A DNA stretch of 64,000 nucleotides from a bacterium (GTDB lineage: Bacteria; Electryoneota; Electryoneia; Electryoneales; Electryoneaceae): assembly GCA_963669175.1 (NCBI GenBank), contig OY769902.1, positions 2,816,001-2,880,000 of the forward strand, written 5' to 3'. Positions within the stretch are counted from its first letter, which is position 1, and each line of letters starts with the position of its first letter. The position numbers and the translations under genes were made by a program. The notes under the pieces are model-generated. The model saw nothing but the letters and a program-made list of their open reading frames with translations, ran no database searches and was not told the origin of the DNA. Positions 10,597 to 19,536 of the stretch are shown piece by piece.

Positions 10597-12006
10597 ATGG
10601 CAAAGGTAACAGGATACTACAGCAACTACACGTTGCAGAGCCTGCTTCAGCAGACGAAGGATAACCTTCTTGCGCAGCAGCAGGCGCAAGCTGTGGTCGG
10701 TAACAACCTGGCCAACATCGATACTGAGGGCTACCACCGTCAGCGGGCGGAACTTGAAACATCCTTTCCAACTGAAACCAAAGCCGGCATTATCGGTGGT
10801 GGGGTTGAGGTTGCTGAAATTGCCCGGATCATTGACCAGTATGCCGAAGACCAGGTGTTGTACGAACAAGGCTCATCCAAACGCTGGGAAGCCGAAAAAC
10901 AGGCGTTGGATGAAGTGGAATCCGTGTTTAGTGAAATGCAGGATTACTCCATTTCCGGCGCCATGGAACAGTTCTGGAATGCCTGGGAAGATCTTGCCAA
11001 CGATCCGGATTCCCTGTCTTCACGCACAAGTGTTATCACAGCAGGCGAAAACCTGTCCAGCGCTTTCCACAATACCACCAGTGGTCTGGAAAGTGTTCAG
11101 CGTTCTCTGAACCTGGATTTGCAGGAAATCGGCGAGCAGGTCAATATCCTCGCTTCGCAGGTTGCCGAGTTGAACCAGGAGATCATGGAGGCCACCGCAA
11201 AGGGAACAGCGCCAAATGATCTGATGGACAAGAGGGATAAACTGATCCTTGAAATGTCTGATCTGGCTGGTGTTACAGTGGAACAAGGTGACCAGAACTC
11301 GGTGACGGTTTATATCGGGGCAGAAGCCATCGTCCATCGTGAAGTTGCTCGTGAAGTCGTCTGGATCAGCGATGATACCAAGGGCAAACATGGCGGGGAT
11401 CTTGCCTGGGCGGATACGCGCACGGCGTTGACCTTCAACGGCGGAGAAGCGATGGGGAAAGTATCTGTGCGTGATGATTACATCCCTGAAGTCATGGCGC
11501 AGTTGGATACGCTGGCCAATACCCTCCGCGACCGTGTTAATGAGCTTCATGCCCAGGGCGTAGCCCGCGATGGCACAACCGGCAACAATTTCTTCCGTTC
11601 GGATACAGAAGGCGCACAGGATATTGCCGTTGATCTGACAATTCTTGATCAACCTCAGAAAGTAGCCGCGTCTTATTCCAGCTCAACGGGCGACAACGAG
11701 CTGGCGCATGACATGTTTGATGTGCAATACGAGGATTCGTTTAACAACGGCCGTATGAGCTATTCTGATTATTATCAAAATATTGTGACCGGTGTCGGAA
11801 CTGAAGTCACGCTTGCTGAAACCAGGCTGGAAGCTGCAACCGCTGCGCTAGAACAGGCGCAAACCTACCAGCAGTCCATTTCCGGCGTAAGCATGGATGA
11901 AGAACTGACACATATGATCACAATCCAGAAGGCATACACCGCGTCAGCACATGTTTTCAACAAGATAGAAGAGATGCTTGCATTGGCGATCAACCTTGGT
12001 GCGTAG
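10597..12006 (+). CDS. flgK: Hook-associated protein FlgK
   Basis: GNNLANIDTEGYHRQ, PNDLMDKRD, SGVSMDEE, QKAYTASA. Confidence 0.95.
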   Translation: MAKVTGYYSNYTLQSLLQQTKDNLLAQQQAQAVVGNNLANIDTEGYHRQRAELETSFPTETKAGIIGGGVEVAEIARIIDQYAEDQVLYEQGSSKRWEAEKQALDEVESVFSEMQDYSISGAMEQFWNAWEDLANDPDSLSSRTSVITAGENLSSAFHNTTSGLESVQRSLNLDLQEIGEQVNILASQVAELNQEIMEATAKGTAPNDLMDKRDKLILEMSDLAGVTVEQGDQNSVTVYIGAEAIVHREVAREVVWISDDTKGKHGGDLAWADTRTALTFNGGEAMGKVSVRDDYIPEVMAQLDTLANTLRDRVNELHAQGVARDGTTGNNFFRSDTEGAQDIAVDLTILDQPQKVAASYSSSTGDNELAHDMFDVQYEDSFNNGRMSYSDYYQNIVTGVGTEVTLAETRLEAATAALEQAQTYQQSISGVSMDEELTHMITIQKAYTASAHVFNKIEEMLALAINLGA

Positions 12007-12017
12007 TGAGGTAGAGG

Positions 12018-12944
12018 ATGAGGATTTCATTTCAGACATCGATGAATACCCTGATGGGTGACCTGAACGAACAACGGGCAGAATTGTACCGTTCGCAACA
12101 GGTTGTCAGCTCGACCCTTGAGGTGGAGAAGGCCTCGGATGATCCGATCAAAGCGCGCCAGATCATGCAGCTCAATGGTGAATTGAGCCAGACAGATCAA
12201 TTCGCGACCAATGTTGAAGGCGCGATGACCTATCTCAGCTTTACAGATAACGAGCTGCAGAATGTGCAGGATCTCCTCACCGAAGCGCGCGCACTCGCAG
12301 TTCAGGGCGCCACGGAAACGATGGATGAATCGGACCGTACGGCTGCGGCAGAGCGTGTTGAACAGATCCTGAACGAACTGGTTTCCATTGCCAATTCCCG
12401 TCATGGTGACCGTTATCTCTTCGGTGGATTTAATACCCAGGAAGCGCCCTATGAGCTGGATACCGATCCTGCAACCGGGGAAACGATACAGGTACAGGAT
12501 CTGCCGAGCGGCATGGATGGAGTTATCTATGCCAACATAGGCGAGCAGGAACGTGTCCAGATGAACATTCCCGGTACTGACGTTTTCCAGACAGGCGCTC
12601 CGGGCGATTCCGGTGACATGTTCGATGTGCTGATTGACCTTCGTGACGGATTACAGGATGATGATTCAGAAGCGATCCAGGATACGATTACACGCTTTGA
12701 TGACGCCAGTGATCGGGTTGGCATAGCACGCGCCAAGGTAGGCGGAATCATCATGCGTCTTGAAAATACGGAAAACCGGCTCGCTGCGGACGAAGTCAAT
12801 AAGACTCAATTCCTGAGCGATGCTCAGGATGCGGATATGGCTGAATGGATTCAAAAGCTTGAATTACAGCAGATTGCGCTCGAAATGGCAATGGAAGCAG
12901 GCACACAGACATTCCAGCAATCGTTGCTGAACTTCATCGGTTAA
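12018..12944 (+). CDS. flgL: Hook-associated protein FlgL
   Basis: MRIS, ASDDP, RYLFGG, DADMAE, SLLNFI. Confidence 0.95.
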   Translation: MRISFQTSMNTLMGDLNEQRAELYRSQQVVSSTLEVEKASDDPIKARQIMQLNGELSQTDQFATNVEGAMTYLSFTDNELQNVQDLLTEARALAVQGATETMDESDRTAAAERVEQILNELVSIANSRHGDRYLFGGFNTQEAPYELDTDPATGETIQVQDLPSGMDGVIYANIGEQERVQMNIPGTDVFQTGAPGDSGDMFDVLIDLRDGLQDDDSEAIQDTITRFDDASDRVGIARAKVGGIIMRLENTENRLAADEVNKTQFLSDAQDADMAEWIQKLELQQIALEMAMEAGTQTFQQSLLNFIG

Positions 12945-12965
12945 CATAAGTAGGCGGAGAGATAC

Positions 12966-15900
12966 ATGGCGGACCATCGTCAACTGAAGCAAGATGTGGA
13001 CGAACTGCTGAAACGGGTCGGTACAAACGGTTTAATTACGTCCGGGACGAACGGCAAAGAGGATATCCTCAGCACTGCGCTTGCCATTCCCACCCTGGCG
13101 GAACGCGGTTTTGTCGAACTTGCGATCAAACTGGTGGAAAAGCTTTCGAGTCGGCGTGATTTCGAAGGCGGCTGGGATGATCCCTGGACAACACTATTGG
13201 CAACCGAAGGTTTGATTGGGTTGCGCTTGCGTGGTATTCCAGTTCATGGACTGGAAGAGGTCATTGATCAGGCGATCAAGGCGTTGAAAAATGTCGGTAC
13301 TCTGGAAACTTCGGATCGCGAGCTGCGATTGGCTCGTGTCCTGGTGCTGGATGGCCTTTCACGCCGTGACGCTCGCCGTATCGATTCCGGTTTGATTCGT
13401 GCGCGAGCCGCTGTGGATCAAGGTATCAACTTCGATGCTACGAAGTCGGATGCGCTGCATGGTTTGCTATCGCTGGTTGATCTTTTCCTGGTGACTTCGG
13501 ATTCGGCTACTCGTGAACTGGTGGACAAGCGTTCCGATTATATGCAGTTGCGCCATGTTGAATCTTGGAGCGGGGAGGATACGGAAGTCCTCGCAAGGGC
13601 CGGTGTGGTCGCAGAGAAACTGCAACTGATGGAACAGGCGCAGAAGTATTATGAGCTGGCTTCCGGTCAGGAGGCCGCTGAACTATCCACCGCAGCCCTG
13701 AAGCACCGTGTCGAGCTTGGCGCTCGTCTGTATGGTGAAGCGCTGGCCCAGGAAAAAAGTGAAACACCAGCGGAAGAGGTAGTTGCTGCACCTGAATCGG
13801 TTGAAGTTCCAGAAGCAGCGCCAGTTGTTGAACCGGAAGCCGCGATCGTTGAAGAAGAACCTGTTCAGGCGAAACAGGAACTCCCGAAACCAGCGGCAAA
13901 AACCAATACCACATCAGAAGATTATAGTTCATTTCCCGCTTATCATGATCCCGGTGACGAGATTCATCGTGGTGTATCGGTCATCCTTCTACATGGTTCA
14001 GACGCACAGTCTTTGCAGACAACGCTGGAAGCCTTGAATCGTCAAACGGTGCTGCCGGTAGATGTAACTATCGTTCATACTGGCAATTATCGCCTGGATA
14101 CCACGTGCGCTTTCCGGTTTGATGTCCGCCAGCTTGTTGTGGACAGCCTTGATACAGAAGGCAGGAAGTGGAACCAGGCTGCCGGATTGAGCCAGGGCGA
14201 CTGGCTGTGGGTACTGCCGGAAGGGCTGACGCCAAAGGCTGCGACTATACAGGCCGTGCTGCAATCTGTCGAAAACAATACGGATGCGGTATTTCTTGAA
14301 GCGGATGAAGGTGAACGTATTCAGGTAATGGATGCGATGGCATTCGAGCCCGTTATCGGTCCGGAACAGATCTTCATCAGGCGGACTTCACTGAAGAACG
14401 GTTTTAATGAATCCATGCTGGCAAATCCCATATGGCCTGTGTTGCTGACAGACCTGAAAGATGCTGCGTGGGTTGACTGTAATATGGGGAATGATGTAGG
14501 ATTTGACGGAGAAGTGAAAGTATCACTTGATGGTCAATTGAACACGATTCATGATTTCTTCCGGCTTTCAATCATGCTTGATGATAGTACGGAAATTGTC
14601 CAGCGCCGAGGAGAAAAGGCCCAGTTGTACCGGCGGTTGGCCTATGAAGAATATCGTCGTGCCGGGAAACCGCTGGTCAGTATCGTCATTCCGCACTACA
14701 ACCTGCCTGACATGCTGGAGAAGTGCATTGACAGCATCGTGGATAACACGGAACAGGTATCCTTCGAAATCATCGTCGTGGACAACGGCAGCGATAACAC
14801 CTCGAAGGAACTGATTGACAAGCTGGAAGGCTACGGGGTTCTGTACTTGCGGAACCGCAAGAACGAAGGTTTTGCCCGTGCAGTGAATCGCGGGATTCGT
14901 GAAGCACACGGCGAGTACGTCCTGTTGTTGAACAACGATACCGAAGTTCGCGGTGGCTGGTTGCAGGCAATGATGGCTGCCCAGCAGGAAACAGGGGCGG
15001 AGATTGTCGGCGCACGATTGCATTATCCGGATGGTTCCGTGCAGCATGCCGGGATTGTTTTCGATCATGAAGACATTCCTTCGCATATCTATGCTAAGGG
15101 GCCATCTGATCTGCCGATGATTTATAAACGTAGGTATTTCCAAGCGGTTACGGCTGCCTGCATGATGGTGAAACGTGATGTATACCTGCGGCTTGGCGGA
15201 ATGGACGAAGGCTACCGCAATGGCTGGGAAGATGTTGATTTCTGTTTGCGCGCACGTCAGCAGGGATTCAGGATTGTCTATGAACCCGGCGCCGAGCTGG
15301 TCCACTATACGGAGCAGACATCCGGTCGTAAGGACCACGAAGAAGACAATGCCCGTCGTTTCCTGATGACGTGGGGTGGACGGATTGAGCAGGATCTCCA
15401 GCGCTATGCGAACCTTGACGGTTTCGACGTGGAAATTCGGGACGGGAAATCCATCCTGAAGCCGAATGACAAGGCCCAGCAGGCGTATACGGAATTCAAC
15501 GCCAGCCAGTTGGGGATCAATGTCAACAGGGAAAAACCGGTTGCCGCACCAGCTCCGTACACACCGAAACCGCCCAAAACGGAAGAAGAGAACCTTTCCG
15601 ACTTGATTGCCCGGGCGGACCTGATGATCAAGGAAGGCAATTTCGAGGATGCAGAAGAGACGCTGAAGGGTGGCGCGCACAAGGTAAACGGTAATGTCAA
15701 GCAACGTGCTCTGTACTGGACCTTGCTTGGCGATGCACGGTTCCGGCTGGAACGCAGTGATGATGCGCTGGATTGCTATAAAAGGGCCGTAAACGACGAT
15801 CCCAGCGCACAACGCGCCTGGGTTGGTATAGGAACCTATCACCTGGTTCACGACGAACTGGAGCAGGCTGAAGACATTTTCGGCAAGGTTGTAAAACTGG

Positions 15901-16262
15901 CGCCCGATTTTGACCGTGGTTATATGGGCATGGGGAATGTCATGCTGCGCCGCAAGGAGTTCGGTTCAGCGCTGGATTATTTCCTTGAAGCGGCCCGTAT
16001 CGCCCCGGATCACCGTCCGGCTATCGTCGGCATGGTTGCCGCCGCAATGCAGGCAGGGCGTTTGGGGGAAGCCCAGTCGCCGATTGAAACCTATTTGCAG
16101 AGTCATCCGGATGATGTGGAAACCCGTTTCCATTTCGCGGCGATCCTGTTCAGTGAAAAAGATGTGGATCGGGCACGTGAAGAAGCGCAGAAAGTGCTCG
16201 AGCTGAACCCGGAGCACAAGGGCGCGATCCAGATGATGAATCACCTGAGCGCATTGACCTGA
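12966..16262 (+). CDS. Multidomain GT2 glycosyltransferase with C-terminal TPRs
   Basis: VSIVIPHYN, VVDNGSD, GFARAVNRG, LLNND, VTAACMM, EDVDFCLRA; TPR repeats at C-term; degenerate GT-A-like unit upstream. Confidence 0.9.
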   Translation: MADHRQLKQDVDELLKRVGTNGLITSGTNGKEDILSTALAIPTLAERGFVELAIKLVEKLSSRRDFEGGWDDPWTTLLATEGLIGLRLRGIPVHGLEEVIDQAIKALKNVGTLETSDRELRLARVLVLDGLSRRDARRIDSGLIRARAAVDQGINFDATKSDALHGLLSLVDLFLVTSDSATRELVDKRSDYMQLRHVESWSGEDTEVLARAGVVAEKLQLMEQAQKYYELASGQEAAELSTAALKHRVELGARLYGEALAQEKSETPAEEVVAAPESVEVPEAAPVVEPEAAIVEEEPVQAKQELPKPAAKTNTTSEDYSSFPAYHDPGDEIHRGVSVILLHGSDAQSLQTTLEALNRQTVLPVDVTIVHTGNYRLDTTCAFRFDVRQLVVDSLDTEGRKWNQAAGLSQGDWLWVLPEGLTPKAATIQAVLQSVENNTDAVFLEADEGERIQVMDAMAFEPVIGPEQIFIRRTSLKNGFNESMLANPIWPVLLTDLKDAAWVDCNMGNDVGFDGEVKVSLDGQLNTIHDFFRLSIMLDDSTEIVQRRGEKAQLYRRLAYEEYRRAGKPLVSIVIPHYNLPDMLEKCIDSIVDNTEQVSFEIIVVDNGSDNTSKELIDKLEGYGVLYLRNRKNEGFARAVNRGIREAHGEYVLLLNNDTEVRGGWLQAMMAAQQETGAEIVGARLHYPDGSVQHAGIVFDHEDIPSHIYAKGPSDLPMIYKRRYFQAVTAACMMVKRDVYLRLGGMDEGYRNGWEDVDFCLRARQQGFRIVYEPGAELVHYTEQTSGRKDHEEDNARRFLMTWGGRIEQDLQRYANLDGFDVEIRDGKSILKPNDKAQQAYTEFNASQLGINVNREKPVAAPAPYTPKPPKTEEENLSDLIARADLMIKEGNFEDAEETLKGGAHKVNGNVKQRALYWTLLGDARFRLERSDDALDCYKRAVNDDPSAQRAWVGIGTYHLVHDELEQAEDIFGKVVKLAPDFDRGYMGMGNVMLRRKEFGSALDYFLEAARIAPDHRPAIVGMVAAAMQAGRLGEAQSPIETYLQSHPDDVETRFHFAAILFSEKDVDRAREEAQKVLELNPEHKGAIQMMNHLSALT

Positions 16263-16273
16263 GGTGAGTAGTC

Positions 16274-17557
16274 ATGCGCCATGAACGTGTTACCATCGTT
16301 CAGCTTGCGCGGTTTGGCGATATCATTCAAACCTCGCCGCTGATTCAGAATCTGAAGCGCGAGGATGGGGTAGAGCGTGAGATCACACTCGCCGTCGATC
16401 ATCGAGCCGCTCCCGCGGCTCGTTTGCTGTACGGCGTTGATCATGTGATCGAGATAGACTTGTCGCACGCCGCCAATCTCGTTGCCGAAGGTGGAATACG
16501 TGCGTTTGCAGCGTTGAAGCAGTGGGTTTCGCAATGGTGCCCCCATGAACTGGCAGACCGGCTCATTCTGCTTAACCAGGGGGAGTTGACTTCGGCTATA
16601 GCCACCCTGATTCCGGCTGCTAAAAAGATCGGCCCATTTCTCCGTCGTCCGCTTCCCAAACCTCACCAGTACCTGAACCAGGCGATTCGAAACCGGAACA
16701 TGGCGCCCTTGCATCTGGCTGAAGTTTGGGCGGCTTATGGCCCTCCAATTCTTCCGCTTTTACCTCCTCTGCTAAAACCGGAAATACCCGGCACAGGGGT
16801 TGCATTACATAGTATGGAAGCAAGGCCAGATTCTTTGAAAACAACACGTTTCGTGGTAAACGTGGGGGCAGGCGGGCAGGAAAGAATGTTGCCTGCGGCA
16901 AAGCTTGCCGTACTGGTTTCACGGTTGCTTGAAAATGGCTCGACAGAAGTCGTCCTGACAGGTACGAGAGCCGATGAACCGGTCGGACGGGAACTGCTGG
17001 AAAAGTTGGAAGATCCGAGGCTGAAAGATCATGTTATCAACGTGATCGGTCAGACTTCGATCAGCGATTTACCGGGGGTTCTCAGAAGCGCCGATATGCT
17101 GATATCCAGCGATACCGGCACTCTTCAGCTTGCTGCGGCAATCGAGATGAAAACGCTCGGCCTGTTTTTCGGTGGTGCGAATCCTGTGGAAACCGGCGCT
17201 TACTGCAACGAGGCTGTCGCGCTTGTGGTACAGGGATCAACTTCGGGCACCGGTAGCGACAGTATTGATCCCGAACGTGTGGCGGACCTGGCCTGGTCAA
17301 TCGTGGAAAACACATGGCAGAACGGACGACATCATGACTCAACCTTCACTCTTATGGTGGCCCGACCTACATCTGTGGGTCCAGAGTACGTTTCAGCATC
17401 ACGCATCGAAACAGCCGATCCTGCAATGCAACGACGTCGCGCTGCGGCAAGGCGGTTCCTCTGGGGGATCGGGGAGAAGGAAGGGGCGTCCGGCGAAGAT
17501 CGCTACGATTCCCCAGATGGATTTCGGACAGAATTCAGCAGTGAATTGACACGTTGA
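16274..17557 (+). CDS. GT9 (heptosyltransferase-like) glycosyltransferase
   Basis: QLARFGDIIQ, GQTS, LISSDTGTLQLAAA. Confidence 0.85.
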   Translation: MRHERVTIVQLARFGDIIQTSPLIQNLKREDGVEREITLAVDHRAAPAARLLYGVDHVIEIDLSHAANLVAEGGIRAFAALKQWVSQWCPHELADRLILLNQGELTSAIATLIPAAKKIGPFLRRPLPKPHQYLNQAIRNRNMAPLHLAEVWAAYGPPILPLLPPLLKPEIPGTGVALHSMEARPDSLKTTRFVVNVGAGGQERMLPAAKLAVLVSRLLENGSTEVVLTGTRADEPVGRELLEKLEDPRLKDHVINVIGQTSISDLPGVLRSADMLISSDTGTLQLAAAIEMKTLGLFFGGANPVETGAYCNEAVALVVQGSTSGTGSDSIDPERVADLAWSIVENTWQNGRHHDSTFTLMVARPTSVGPEYVSASRIETADPAMQRRRAAARRFLWGIGEKEGASGEDRYDSPDGFRTEFSSELTR

Positions 17558-17584
17558 AACCAGAAGCGCAGCATTGGAGCGAAC

Positions 17585-17926
17585 ATGGCGACAGATAAAA
17601 CATTAAGAAACATGATGATGCACGAAGGTGTAAGCCGTGCGGCAGTCGGGGGACACCGTTGGACAGACGCAAACCAGTTCCCGGCAATCAGTGATAACGT
17701 GCGTGCTGTGCAATCAACTCCGTATGCCATTTTCGTTCACAATTCACCGATTTATCGGACCTGCAAACTCGTCGCCCCGAGGATTGGACGCCCAGCACGA
17801 CGGACAGCGCCACGACGTAAACGACTGCTTCCCTATCGGCCGGATGGATATCCATTCGCTAACGAACGGTGGAGCAGGAGATACCGGCGGGAGAATGCCA
17901 TTGCAGTAGAGGAGACGGACGGATGA
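17585..17926 (+). CDS. Hypothetical ORF, possibly the severed C-terminus of the upstream GT9
   Basis: Same frame as 16274..17557, separated by one TGA; stop overlaps the next start (ATGA). Confidence 0.35.
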   Translation: MATDKTLRNMMMHEGVSRAAVGGHRWTDANQFPAISDNVRAVQSTPYAIFVHNSPIYRTCKLVAPRIGRPARRTAPRRKRLLPYRPDGYPFANERWSRRYRRENAIAVEETDG

Positions 17927-19536
17927 TGCGATTACTGCTTCTTAACGATCATTATTTCAATACGTTGCCCCCACCTTCGGGGGTTCACGTGTTCAGAGTC
18001 GGCAGCGGTGAAGGTCAGGATATTCAATTCAATCCTGATACGGATAACCTGGTTGAAGTGCTAGAAAAAGCAGAGTTTCAACCAGACGTCGCCTTGCAGG
18101 TGGATAGTATAGACGGTCGTTTCTTTGCCCCTGGGCTGGAACAACTGAATATCCCGCTGGCGTTCTACGCGATTGACGCGCCGATCAATTCGTTCTGGCA
18201 GCGCTGGTATTCGTATGGCTTTGACCGCGTTTTCGTCGATCAGCATGAAGAATGGCGGGCATGGCGTGATGACGGGATGAGCTGGGCGCGCTGGCTGCCT
18301 CTGGCGGCTGATCTGAATATCTATCATCACCCGGAGAATGGCGCGGAACGTGATCTGGATATCGTTTTCGTAGGCACGCTTGACAGTGCGCTGCGTCCTA
18401 AGCGTTCTGCAATTCTGCATCGTTTGCGGATGATCGCCAATGTTCACATGGTGGATGGCGGCGGCACCCGTAGTGAGACCGTGCAGAATGTGGCGAACCT
18501 GTATCGACGCGCCAGGATCGTTTTGAATGAAAACCTGTTTGATGGCATTAACCTGCGCACTTTCGAAGCGATGGCGTGCGGCGCTGTCGTACTCACGGAA
18601 AATGGGCGGGGACAGGATCGTTTGTTTAAGAATAACAAACACCTGGTCGGTTACACCAGTCAGAATCTTGAAGAAGTGGTTATCGGTCTGTTGAATACTC
18701 CGGACAAGATCAGTTCGATAAGCGCCGAGGCCGTTAAGATTATCCATGAAAAGCACACCCTTTCCCACCGCTTCCAGCAGGTCTTGAGCGATCTGTCTAC
18801 GCTGAAGATTCGCAGTGAACGACTTCAGAAAAGCTGTTTGTGGCGTCAAGATTGGGGATTGTGGCAGGCCATGTGGAAGTGGCCGGAAAACTGGCCCAAC
18901 CTGCGAAGGGGGATTGCCGAACGCCTGATGACGCAGATCAAGCGGCTGAGCGGTTTGGAACGCGCCTCTTTCCACGAAGGCGTTGGGGATCATGAAGCTG
19001 CGGTAAGGGCGCTGCTGGATACGCTGGAAATGCATCCTGGCAATCGGACGGCAATCGCCGGACTGGCCGCGCTTGCCATGTCTGCGAAAGACCATGTTAC
19101 TGTCCGCAAGATCCTAAGCGCCGATGAGGATTCCGACCCGGCGGATCTGCATGTGAAAATCGGACGACTTCTGGAAGAAGAGGGCAGGCTGTTTACCCCG
19201 GGATTTAATCGTCAGGCATCGCCGATAACCGGTTGGTCCGCGTTTGAACATTATCACCGCGCATGGCGCTTGAATGAGGATCATCTACCTGCGTTGGAAG
19301 GGCTGGACCGTATCCTCGCCAGTCAGAAAGCTTCCGAGTTCACCTGGGGTATGTGGCAGCGTTACCACGCCCGCCATCCAAAGGCGCATGAAGTGGAGAA
19401 AATCCTGCAAAGCCGTGCGGTGGATGGATTTTTGATGAGCGGACGACCAGGCATGGTTACAGCAACAGTGCGTGAAGACCCACAGGTATCCCGTTGGAGT
19501 ATACCCAGTAAGCAAGGCGAAAGGGTACCGGGATGA
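17923..19536 (+). CDS. CgeB-like (Glyco_trans_1_2) glycosyltransferase with helical C-terminus
   Basis: DIVFVGT, RIVLNE, INLRTFEAMACGA, HTLSHR; RBS AGAGGAG before ATG 17923. Confidence 0.85.
   Translation: MMRLLLLNDHYFNTLPPPSGVHVFRVGSGEGQDIQFNPDTDNLVEVLEKAEFQPDVALQVDSIDGRFFAPGLEQLNIPLAFYAIDAPINSFWQRWYSYGFDRVFVDQHEEWRAWRDDGMSWARWLPLAADLNIYHHPENGAERDLDIVFVGTLDSALRPKRSAILHRLRMIANVHMVDGGGTRSETVQNVANLYRRARIVLNENLFDGINLRTFEAMACGAVVLTENGRGQDRLFKNNKHLVGYTSQNLEEVVIGLLNTPDKISSISAEAVKIIHEKHTLSHRFQQVLSDLSTLKIRSERLQKSCLWRQDWGLWQAMWKWPENWPNLRRGIAERLMTQIKRLSGLERASFHEGVGDHEAAVRALLDTLEMHPGNRTAIAGLAALAMSAKDHVTVRKILSADEDSDPADLHVKIGRLLEEEGRLFTPGFNRQASPITGWSAFEHYHRAWRLNEDHLPALEGLDRILASQKASEFTWGMWQRYHARHPKAHEVEKILQSRAVDGFLMSGRPGMVTATVREDPQVSRWSIPSKQGERVPG

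Noticed and set aside
14568-15851. 427-aa antisense ORF (likewise 18061-19095 and 47150-47902)
   Set aside because: These are shadow frames of well-supported genes and show no recognisable motifs
17555-17600. Selenocysteine recoding of the in-frame TGA
   Set aside because: No convincing SECIS-like hairpin follows and there is no redox-motif context
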